This document shows positions 19,890 through 27,390 of a stretch of 41,350 nt of DNA, piece after piece. The DNA lies in IMG/VR virus record IMGVR_UViG_3300037722_000155, positions 1-41,350 of that record; one strand, given 5' to 3'. The stretch's first letter is position 1. The number at the start of each line of letters is the position of its first letter. The notes under the pieces are model-generated. The model made no database searches. It had not been told where the DNA came from and saw nothing but the letters and a program-made list of their open reading frames with translations. A program made the translations under genes and the position numbers. This stretch comes from a virus. Lineage: Duplodnaviria > Caudoviricetes.

Positions 19890-20559
19890 TAGTGGAACGT
19901 ATACGCTCCCGGCAGGGAATCCCGTCGTTGCAGGGACTGCAATAGCGGTGTCGTGGGGGAATACAACGATGGACGACATAGCTGATGAGCTGACAGATTC
20001 GTTATCTCGTTCTGGTAAGGGGGGTATGTCCGTTGCTCTCCAGTTTGCTGATGGAGAAGTATCTGCCCCAGGTATTACGTTCGGTGAGGAAACTAGTTCT
20101 GGTCTTTATCGTGCGGGGTCTAACGACATTAGATTCAGCTTGGCTGGAACGGATAAGGTCCGTTGGACTGCTTCTGAAGTTATGGAGTTCAATATCTCCT
20201 CAGTATGGACATCTATTGAAGACATCGGTGGCACGGCTGAGCTAGCTCCAGTAGAAGTTTCTACTGCCCAGACTTTCGCCTTGGATGATGCTCAGACTTT
20301 CCAACTACTGACAGGTACGACCGATCGTGCATGGACAATTCCACCCAATTCATCTGTTGACTTCCCTGTAGGTTCGTGCATTATCGTAGGTTCTCGGGAT
20401 ATCGCGACCCTCACATTAGATCCTGATTCGGGGGTATCTGTAACTTCTCCCATCGGTCAGGGAAGTACGACTAGTCTTAAAGTCCCTCCTGGCGGGTCTG
20501 CTATGTTGATTCAGGTGCAGGATGATGAGTGGATGGTTACTGGGGATATATACGAGTAA
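19876..20559 (+). CDS. Tail fibre/adaptor protein
   Basis: MPRDSSGTYTLPAGNPVV N-terminal anchor; TIPPNSSVDFPVG...DEWMVTGD C-terminus. Confidence 0.75.
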   Translation: MPRDSSGTYTLPAGNPVVAGTAIAVSWGNTTMDDIADELTDSLSRSGKGGMSVALQFADGEVSAPGITFGEETSSGLYRAGSNDIRFSLAGTDKVRWTASEVMEFNISSVWTSIEDIGGTAELAPVEVSTAQTFALDDAQTFQLLTGTTDRAWTIPPNSSVDFPVGSCIIVGSRDIATLTLDPDSGVSVTSPIGQGSTTSLKVPPGGSAMLIQVQDDEWMVTGDIYE

Positions 20560-20978
20560 TGGCACTTAGAGGCATAATTCTAGCTCAGCGATTTACACGC
20601 ACCCGTCGTGTATCTAATTATGTCTGCACTTTGTCAGACCTAGGTTCTGGAGTCATAAGTGGCAATACTATTGCTTCGGGATGGAACAACTTTGCTGGGA
20701 GAGAGATTAGTAATCTTCTGGCAATTCCTGGTCTTTGTAATTTAGAACTTCAGATTAATGGTAGTGGATGGGGTAGCTTCCCCGCCGAGATGCCGCAGAA
20801 CTTTTTCACTAGCCTGATTGTCGATGATCCTGACGATACTCCAGTCACGTTTCTTTCTGCGGACGCTGCCACGTTCAGTAATTCTAGCAATACAGGTCTT
20901 TGGAGATGGGGTGATGGCAGTTCTCCTTTCTGGGCTGCTGGAGATGATTCTGAGAATAAGACGGTTCTGGTGCTGTGA
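20559..20978 (+). CDS. Putative tail-associated protein
   Basis: TAATG coupling to the fibre gene; beta-rich. Confidence 0.6.
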   Translation: MALRGIILAQRFTRTRRVSNYVCTLSDLGSGVISGNTIASGWNNFAGREISNLLAIPGLCNLELQINGSGWGSFPAEMPQNFFTSLIVDDPDDTPVTFLSADAATFSNSSNTGLWRWGDGSSPFWAAGDDSENKTVLVL

Positions 20979-21358
20979 TGGGCATACCATCACCAAGTCA
21001 TTTAACTCCTTTTCTTCCCCCTATGGACAAGAGATTACTGTGGGAGATACTCGTGGGCATATCTGCATTTTCTTTCTGGGTATTCATTATCTGGTTCTCT
21101 ATCTTTGCTCTTCCTGGGATAGCGAATGCTGACGATGTAGCCAGCCTTCGTAAGGATCAAAAAGAAGAACGTATTCTGCAAATCCATACTGAATTCTGCA
21201 GAGCTGAGCAGGGTAGTGATCAAGCGGAGTATTTTCTGCAACGTCGTAATGAATTGATTACCGAATACAGCAACATCACCAATGGAGTAGATCGATTCGA
21301 CACATCTAAGCTACCCCCATGTGATATACTACGCCCACAAGAAGTAAGAGGAGAATGA
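20975..21358 (+). CDS. Single-TM membrane protein (lysis-associated, putative)
   Basis: N-terminal hydrophobic helix, two Cys, directly before the endolysin. Confidence 0.55.
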   Translation: MMGIPSPSHLTPFLPPMDKRLLWEILVGISAFSFWVFIIWFSIFALPGIANADDVASLRKDQKEERILQIHTEFCRAEQGSDQAEYFLQRRNELITEYSNITNGVDRFDTSKLPPCDILRPQEVRGE

Positions 21359-21372
21359 TGTGAGGCCCGAGC

Positions 21373-21840
21373 ATGAAATTATTGGATTTCTTTGTCAAAT
21401 TGTTGAGCACCCTCAGCTCAAAATCAACGCCCCCGATGTCGACAAATACATCGCGGCCCGAGACTGGCTACGAAGAAAAGAACAGGAGGCCAAGGGTGGA
21501 CCTAAAATCGGGGGTTGACACAAGGGGCATCGTCCCCCAGCTTCTATTGGCTCTGATGGTTGCGAAATCGGTTTACGATAAGCGGGACGCAGAGTTTACA
21601 ATCACCTCTCTTTGTGACGGGCTACACAAGAGGCAGTCAGCCCATTACTCAGGACGGGCTGCGGACATCCGTATCTGGACTCTTGTTTCCGATTTTGACT
21701 GGAGCCAAATCAAAATGACTGAGGCCTCCGTTATCGCTGTCTCTATAGCTTCTGAGATTTCTAGTTTACTCGGAGAGGACTTTGATTGCATTGCTGAGAA
21801 GGACCATATACACTTGGAGTGGGACCCCAAAGTCGGGTGA
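21373..21840 (+). CDS. Endolysin, M15-like Zn peptidase
   Basis: ITS...SAHYSGRAADIR...DHIHLEW. Confidence 0.8.
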   Translation: MKLLDFFVKLLSTLSSKSTPPMSTNTSRPETGYEEKNRRPRVDLKSGVDTRGIVPQLLLALMVAKSVYDKRDAEFTITSLCDGLHKRQSAHYSGRAADIRIWTLVSDFDWSQIKMTEASVIAVSIASEISSLLGEDFDCIAEKDHIHLEWDPKVG

Positions 21841-22151
21841 AGCTTTGGAAGAAGGTACTTCTTAAAGTACCCAAAGTCGGGGCAGCGTACCGAGCTTTTC
21901 GTCTTCATAAGAAGGCAAAGCTCGCATATAAGCTCCGTAAATTATTGAAGATCATTGAAGAGGGAAAATTCAACATGCATATTTTCAAGTCAAAAACTAT
22001 CTGGTTCGGCATCACCCAAGAACTCTGGGCGTTGTGGGAGTTATTCGCCAATGGTGGAGCCATTGATGGAGATGTTATCCTCCCCGTACTAACCGGAATC
22101 GTCACCATCATTCTTCGTGCAGTAACCAAGGAGCCATTGAGTCAAAAATGA
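21837..22151 (+). CDS. Holin-like protein (alternative starts GTG 21837 / ATG 21975)
   Basis: KSKTIWF...IILRAVTKEPL two-helix pattern after the endolysin. Confidence 0.65.
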   Translation: MKLWKKVLLKVPKVGAAYRAFRLHKKAKLAYKLRKLLKIIEEGKFNMHIFKSKTIWFGITQELWALWELFANGGAIDGDVILPVLTGIVTIILRAVTKEPLSQK

Positions 22152-22555
22152 AAAACTTAATCTGGACCCTATTGATCCTACCAATCGTCGCGTTTGGTCA
22201 GGATTTTGAAGTCAACCTGTCGTGGGAAGCCCCCACAGAGAATGTTGATGACTCTCCACTTACTGATCTCGCAGGTTATACAGTCTATTGGGGAACGAGT
22301 GTTGGGGTCTACAGTGACGAAAGAGATGTCCCCTGTGCAGTTCCGGGTACTCTGGCTGACTGTGTTGTGGATATGTATGTCGTAGACGATGCAGTGATGC
22401 TTCCAAATACGACATACTATTTCGTCATGACGTCCTACAATGAAGCGGGTTTGGAGTCAGATGTATCTAACGTCGTAAATTATACGACCCCCAACACTCT
22501 GCCGCCCAATGAGCCGACAATTCTGAATGTGACTATCGTCGTCTCTTCTGGCTAG
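22148..22555 (+). CDS. Secreted fibronectin type III domain protein
   Basis: Signal peptide; LSWEAP...LAGYTVYWG...YYFVMTSYN..GLES..SN. Confidence 0.8.
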   Translation: MKNLIWTLLILPIVAFGQDFEVNLSWEAPTENVDDSPLTDLAGYTVYWGTSVGVYSDERDVPCAVPGTLADCVVDMYVVDDAVMLPNTTYYFVMTSYNEAGLESDVSNVVNYTTPNTLPPNEPTILNVTIVVSSG

Positions 22556-22878
22556 AACGGGGGGTCGTATCGATACTCATGCCGGGGGAGATCAGAATCT
22601 TCCCCGGCATCCTCGTCATAAAGAGCTATTCTTCTCTTTACTGCAACTTTCTCTTGCTTAGGATCAATGAGGTAGGTGCGGGGCTCTCTAGACCCGAGCT
22701 CTTTACCTATAGCTTCTAGCACATTCCCGACAGCGTTGGCGTGATTACTTAAAGACCTAACATCTAAAGCATCCCACTGAGCCTCGTGGTGTCTCAAGAC
22801 ATTAATGAGATGGCTGGTCGTCATCTTCTCCAGTAGGTGACGCTCACCCTTGTCGTCTATGTAGATTTTTGAGGCCAT
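22552..22878 (-). CDS. Hypothetical protein
   Basis: AGGAG RBS before ATG 22878; MTTSHLIN motif. Confidence 0.7.
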   Translation of the reverse strand: MASKIYIDDKGERHLLEKMTTSHLINVLRHHEAQWDALDVRSLSNHANAVGNVLEAIGKELGSREPRTYLIDPKQEKVAVKRRIALYDEDAGEDSDLPRHEYRYDPPF

Positions 22879-22981
22879 AAATTTTCTCCTATAAATTGGT
22901 GGGGAACGAACGGACCTGGTCCCCACCGCTTCCAGGTATAGGATTATCCTTCACGGATAGCCCCCGTTCTGGACCTTGACA

Positions 22982-23260
22982 CTAATCCTGATTGACATAG
23001 CCGGGACCAGCGTCTTCTCCCTTCTCAGCCTCTAAGACTTCGATGTACTTCCCAAGCTCGTGATGAGCTTTCCGTAAGTCCTGGAGACCGCCCTTCCGCT
23101 GCCAGCGGAACAGGTGTTTGGTGATCATGTACATGAACATATCCCACTTGGCGAGCCAAGCGAGATCCCAATGTTCGATTCCCACCCCGCAATGAGGGCA
23201 GGGGATCGCACCATCTTTGTAGTGCGACCCCCCTTCTTGCCGATCGTTTGCGGCTACCAC
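22982..23260 (-). CDS. DUF3310 (SaV/T7 gp1.7-like) protein, putative nucleotide kinase
   Basis: QEGGSHYK...KHLFRWQRKGGLQDLRKA. Confidence 0.8.
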   Translation of the reverse strand: MVAANDRQEGGSHYKDGAIPCPHCGVGIEHWDLAWLAKWDMFMYMITKHLFRWQRKGGLQDLRKAHHELGKYIEVLEAEKGEDAGPGYVNQD

Positions 23261-23382
23261 AGCAGGAACTTGCTGGCTTCCAGGACTACAATAGCCCAGA
23301 TAGCCAACTCAATTCTGACCGCTTGGGTCAGTCTCCGGCTCCGGTTCATTTTCCGAAGAATCGGATCGGTTGTTGCATTCAT
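23254..23382 (-). CDS. 42-aa membrane peptide (not in ORF track)
   Basis: AGGAG RBS; MNATTDP...ELAIWAIVVLEASKFLLW. Confidence 0.5.
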   Translation of the reverse strand: MNATTDPILRKMNRSRRLTQAVRIELAIWAIVVLEASKFLLW

Positions 23383-23887
23383 TTGTCAAATCTCCTATTA
23401 AACTACGAACACGTGAGGCTACAACCCCACTTGGTAATTTTAAGCTATGAAGGTGGGAAAGGCCATTATCCAGAACATAAAGAGCGTCTTGGTTCCCCAT
23501 TCGGATTTCCTTCCTCGCCTTGTAGCAGAGCTGAAGCATGTCCGCAGCCTTCAATACGACCTTTTCTTCTGGGGTAATTTCTTCGATCACAATACCTATA
23601 TCCAACAAGTATTGCCCCTCGATTCTATCGAGAAGTTTTTTCAGTTCTGGATAATCCCTCTTGGCGGGGAAGGGAGCGTCTCCGGTGTAATACTCTGCGA
23701 AATCATGAAGCAGAGCGGTGACGAGCAGTTCTCTGCTCGCGTTCCCATCTGTAATAATGAGACAGAACATGAGCACTCCGGCGGTGTGCTCCCCAACTGT
23801 TTCTTCAGAGCTAACAAACTCTGTGTGATATCGACGCACATGGAAGTTCTCAATGGTGAGTCGGCTTAGAAATACTTCTTCGCTCAA
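23309..23887 (-). CDS. HD-domain deoxynucleotide phosphohydrolase (YfbR/DatZ-like)
   Basis: RRYHT...GEH...LLHDFAEYYTGD...AAD; start uncertain (TTG 23887 chosen). Confidence 0.85.
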   Translation of the reverse strand: MSEEVFLSRLTIENFHVRRYHTEFVSSEETVGEHTAGVLMFCLIITDGNASRELLVTALLHDFAEYYTGDAPFPAKRDYPELKKLLDRIEGQYLLDIGIVIEEITPEEKVVLKAADMLQLCYKARKEIRMGNQDALYVLDNGLSHLHSLKLPSGVVASRVRSLIGDLTNECNNRSDSSENEPEPETDPSGQN

Positions 23888-24815
23888 CCCACTGGAGAGC
23901 TGCAAACTTCCAATCTTCTGCCCTAACTTTGCTGATCCATTCATCTCTATTCTCCCGGTCTAGGTAGGCTCGTATCATGGGGTAGCCGACACTGGTCACC
24001 CAATAAGTTCTAAATTCTTGCACTTGTGAATGGTAGACCATATCAATGCAATCAGCCATGAGGTCTTCGTAGGTCTCCCCACATACGAGAAGAGTATCGG
24101 GCTTTACTGTTCCATAGCAATCGTAATGGTCAGTAGTCTTTTTCAACTCCCTTCCATTCGGCATGTCTGGATAGAAGTGAAGGTTATTGGTGAAAACTCT
24201 GTAGTCCCCAATAGGTATCTTAGTTGAGAGCGCCACTAACTCGTGCAGATAAGTCATATGGACAGCATTCGCTCCCAGCATTCCCCACACCATGTCGTTA
24301 GATCTATTGCATACTGTCATATCTAAACCCCCGTTGACGTATCGGAAATAGATATGAGTATTGCAGGGTCGGTCGCTTGTCTTGGCATGGGCTCCGTCAT
24401 AGACGGGATCCCACATAGAGATCACGGCCTGTCTAGTGTTGGGGTCATGCTGAAGTAAATCAATGACATTACTAATTTGATCTCTTGGGTGTCGCCATCT
24501 CCACCCATAAGCTCCACGGAGTACCCCATCATCTGCGTACTCACTCATCCTCTTGTTGAATTGGCTGATCCACTCAGCATCATTTGACCCGGCCATCATC
24601 CAAATCCACTCAGCTACGTGAAAGAATGGGTTGGCATCACGGATGGGATCAAACAGAACTCTCTGTAGTGGGTATCTAATCGTTAAAAGGCTCGGGTAGG
24701 GAACAGTCAATACAGACCCATTCCGACTCTGTTCCTCAACCCACACGTTGCGGGCCTTCCACCACATCTCAGAGTATGCTCTCGGAACGTTAAGAGCGTT
24801 TATTTCTAAAATCAT
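23850..24815 (-). CDS. Thymidylate synthase-family enzyme, probable dUMP hydroxymethylase
   Basis: RDANPFFH, DRPCN, RSNDMVWGMLGANAVH, NNLHFY; Asn at the dUMP-specificity position. Confidence 0.85.
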   Translation of the reverse strand: MILEINALNVPRAYSEMWWKARNVWVEEQSRNGSVLTVPYPSLLTIRYPLQRVLFDPIRDANPFFHVAEWIWMMAGSNDAEWISQFNKRMSEYADDGVLRGAYGWRWRHPRDQISNVIDLLQHDPNTRQAVISMWDPVYDGAHAKTSDRPCNTHIYFRYVNGGLDMTVCNRSNDMVWGMLGANAVHMTYLHELVALSTKIPIGDYRVFTNNLHFYPDMPNGRELKKTTDHYDCYGTVKPDTLLVCGETYEDLMADCIDMVYHSQVQEFRTYWVTSVGYPMIRAYLDRENRDEWISKVRAEDWKFAALQWVERRSISKPTHH

Positions 24816-24943
24816 GCTTGTAACCTACTGTTTTATAAGGCATTCTTAACCACTTTGCGTCGAAGGCGTCGGGGTAACGGGCAATAGCATGGCCTTGCCC
24901 ATACCCCGATTTAGCCTGTCGATGCGTCTGAGTGGGCCTATTT

Positions 24944-25789
24944 TTAGGTCTTACCTGGATATTTGCGCTTGCTGCGCCCGGTGCCAGTCAAGACCCGACA
25001 ATACTTATCAAACTCACAAAGACAGTTCTGTAGGTCCTGCATGTGGATGTCCCCTACAGTATCGAATATTCTAGGTCGCACATACTGGGCGACTTCTTCT
25101 ATGTCTTGCTGATACGTTCTTGCTGTAACCCTTCTGTCGTGGAACCAAGCCAAACCTCTAAGTGATCCAGGTCCGGGAGCAGAGAATGTCCACCAATCTT
25201 CAGCCTCCGCAAGGGGATGATTCGGAGTATTCTTAAGATCTGCAATAATCTGCGCAGATAGGAAGGAGCCAATTCCATCCATACGTTGAAGTTCAACGTG
25301 ATAGCCTCTACAGGTGTCGACATCAACAAGGGGTAGTCGTCTTGCCGCCTCAGTAAGAACTCCGATACAGTAGTCCAACTTAGGCATCTTCTGACCATGA
25401 GTGGTAATGACATAAGCTCCTCCCCAGATTTTCCTTCCTCTCTCCTGTTCTCCTCGGAGAATTCCCTCAACGTACCCCAAGTCTGAAGTCCTCAACCATC
25501 CAAGAATAGCAGCCAGAGTAGGTGGCCAGTTGAATATACGAGCAGCGACCATCGCTAATTCATAGTTCTGAAAATACTCTGACTTGTAGTTATCACGAAT
25601 CCATCGAGTTACCCTATCGTCCTCCCGATGGACATTGCAGAAGTAAGTCTCCTGGAATACCCAGTCCGTGCTCCACGGCTTCGGTTCATCATGTTCTTTA
25701 AGAACTCGTATCTGTTCCCTCTCGAGAATCCAGTAGACCAGCAACTCCGGCTTCGTATAATCTTTTCCATTGACCTGTAAAATCGACAC
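24944..25789 (-). CDS. 5-hmdU DNA kinase-like protein (helical domain, formerly aGPT-Pplase1)
   Basis: YWILEREQIR..PWSTD..F...FCNVHREDDRVT, RIFNWP, PGPGS.RGL, QNCLCEFDKY; GGAGGAG RBS before GTG 25789. Confidence 0.85.
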   Translation of the reverse strand: MSILQVNGKDYTKPELLVYWILEREQIRVLKEHDEPKPWSTDWVFQETYFCNVHREDDRVTRWIRDNYKSEYFQNYELAMVAARIFNWPPTLAAILGWLRTSDLGYVEGILRGEQERGRKIWGGAYVITTHGQKMPKLDYCIGVLTEAARRLPLVDVDTCRGYHVELQRMDGIGSFLSAQIIADLKNTPNHPLAEAEDWWTFSAPGPGSLRGLAWFHDRRVTARTYQQDIEEVAQYVRPRIFDTVGDIHMQDLQNCLCEFDKYCRVLTGTGRSKRKYPGKT

Positions 25790-26516
25790 GCTCTCCTCCC
25801 ATCCAATTATTCTTGGCTTTCTTAACTTTTGCTTTGATATAAGGCCCGAAACGTTCCTCCAGCCAGTAGCAGGCTTCGGCTTGCATTTCGGGAGTTCTGT
25901 AGTCTGAGCAGCCACCTGGAGCTTGGCAAGTTCCCCAGTCTACGCAGAAATCTGTTATCAGCTTATTCCCCTGTCCCCGACTCAACAGCGTAGCGTTGAG
26001 GATGACGTCCGCTAGTATGGGGAAGCGATACAGGTCAGGTATTTGCCCAATCATACTACGATTTAGTCCCTGCACACATATCACTTTCCCGTTGACTTTG
26101 TACGGGACGGGAGCGGTGTGTCCCATCTGTCTGGGGTGGACTCCCACCAGTGCGGTGTCTTCCAGTAACTGACGAATCATACTAAGACAGTCAGGCATCC
26201 AGTAATTTACTTCATCCCTAGTCTTAATGGTCTGAAGTCCTACAGTTCCGTTGTCCCGCATAACCCGACGGCTGAACACGAGATCATCGTCCAGTATAAG
26301 ACACTTCTGTTGATCGTCCCCCATTCCATCGTATAGAATCCATTCCATCTTTCTGCTGTAGTTATCCACATAGGGGGGGACTTGTATGGTGGGGATACCT
26401 CCGTGGTCTTCCCCTTCAGGGCAGACTAGGAATGTTTGGGGTCTCCAGCTATCGGGAATAGATTCATAGGTCCGCTGATTACCGACACGGCCTCGAGTCA
26501 TTATATAGATGTTCAT
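25698..26516 (-). CDS. GREB1-like/TET-associated (TAGT) glycosyltransferase
   Basis: IYIMTRGR, ILDDDL (DxD), GGCSDYRT, QWKRLY. Confidence 0.75.
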   Translation of the reverse strand: MNIYIMTRGRVGNQRTYESIPDSWRPQTFLVCPEGEDHGGIPTIQVPPYVDNYSRKMEWILYDGMGDDQQKCLILDDDLVFSRRVMRDNGTVGLQTIKTRDEVNYWMPDCLSMIRQLLEDTALVGVHPRQMGHTAPVPYKVNGKVICVQGLNRSMIGQIPDLYRFPILADVILNATLLSRGQGNKLITDFCVDWGTCQAPGGCSDYRTPEMQAEACYWLEERFGPYIKAKVKKAKNNWMGGERVDFTGQWKRLYEAGVAGLLDSREGTDTSS

Positions 26517-26535
26517 CTTTCAATCCTCAGGTCAG

Positions 26536-26567
26536 AAAAAGCCCTGCCTCCGGGAGAAGGCAGGGCT
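26536..26567 (-). terminator. Rho-independent terminator
   Basis: AGCCCTGCCT/AGGCAGGGCT stem followed by a T-run. Confidence 0.8.
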
Positions 26568-26588
26568 CAAAAACGCCGTCGTGGGGGA

Positions 26589-26951
26589 CTACTTGGCGTC
26601 GGGCTTTGGGGCTTCCGGGGGTGCTGTCAGGGTACAGGCACCATCCTGAACGAAGAACCGTAGCCAGCCTCTGGCAGGGTCCTTCATCTTCTTGGCAGAT
26701 TCGGCAAACTGCTCGACAGTCTTGCCGTTCGCAGCTTTCAGAAGATCGTACCATTCTCCGCGTTGTCCGCGGTATTTCTTTTCGGTTTCGACCACGGTAA
26801 TTTTCGCAGTAGGGGCGAAGCCGTAATCTTGTCGGGGGGCTCGTTCTTTCTTCTCGCCGTTGGTCGCTTCGTCTCCCTTCCCAGAGGCTTTGTTCTTGTC
26901 GGAAGTCGGTGGCTTGCTCGGCGGGGCGGATGCTTTGGCTTCTTCGGCCAT
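26589..26951 (-). CDS. Small basic protein, paralogue of 40241-40501
   Basis: Own promoter, AAGGAG RBS and terminator. Confidence 0.8.
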   Translation of the reverse strand: MAEEAKASAPPSKPPTSDKNKASGKGDEATNGEKKERAPRQDYGFAPTAKITVVETEKKYRGQRGEWYDLLKAANGKTVEQFAESAKKMKDPARGWLRFFVQDGACTLTAPPEAPKPDAK

Positions 26952-26994
26952 GTTGTTCTCCTTGTTTGAGAATGATATTGTCAGTGACAGGGTC

Positions 26995-27023
26995 AGTATA
27001 AAGGGATACAGTCATGAATGCAA
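26995..27023 (-). promoter_or_regulatory. Sigma70-type promoter
   Basis: TTGCAT-17-TATACT. Confidence 0.75.
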
Positions 27024-27026
27024 CCC

Positions 27027-27389
27027 CTATTTACTCGGAACCTTAGTAATGTGTCCCGGATCGCAATAATTCAGAAAATTGGCCCATTTTAGGACATCTT
27101 CATCGATGTCGCCCCCAACATACATCATATCTACGTATGTCTGTATTCGCTGACTGAACGTTACCCCGACAAAGCTCACTTCTCTAAAAATCAACCATGC
27201 GGGAATGGTGTTGAATATGATATCAGAAGGTCCTCCAATCACATACCAAATCTTTCCTGTGATACGAATTCCTCGGGGGGTCTCTATCCCCGCTTTCTTC
27301 GCCCCTTCTACCATCGTTATTAGTGGAAAAGCTGTGAAGATTACGAAGGTCGACAGCAAGACCGTTGTTACAAGCCAGAAAATCCACAT
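27027..27389 (-). CDS. Membrane protein
   Basis: N-terminal TM; DIIFN...TFSQR...DPGH. Confidence 0.7.
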   Translation of the reverse strand: MWIFWLVTTVLLSTFVIFTAFPLITMVEGAKKAGIETPRGIRITGKIWYVIGGPSDIIFNTIPAWLIFREVSFVGVTFSQRIQTYVDMMYVGGDIDEDVLKWANFLNYCDPGHITKVPSK

Positions 27390-27390
27390 C

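Noticed and set aside
23309-23887. Z-genome (2-aminoadenine) system suggested by the DatZ-like HD protein
   Set aside because: No PurZ/PurA homologue is present, and the neighbours point to thymine modification
23850-24815. dCMP hydroxymethylase / glucosyl-hmC pathway
   Set aside because: The specificity residue is Asn, not the Asp of T4 gp42, and a 5-hmdU kinase is adjacent
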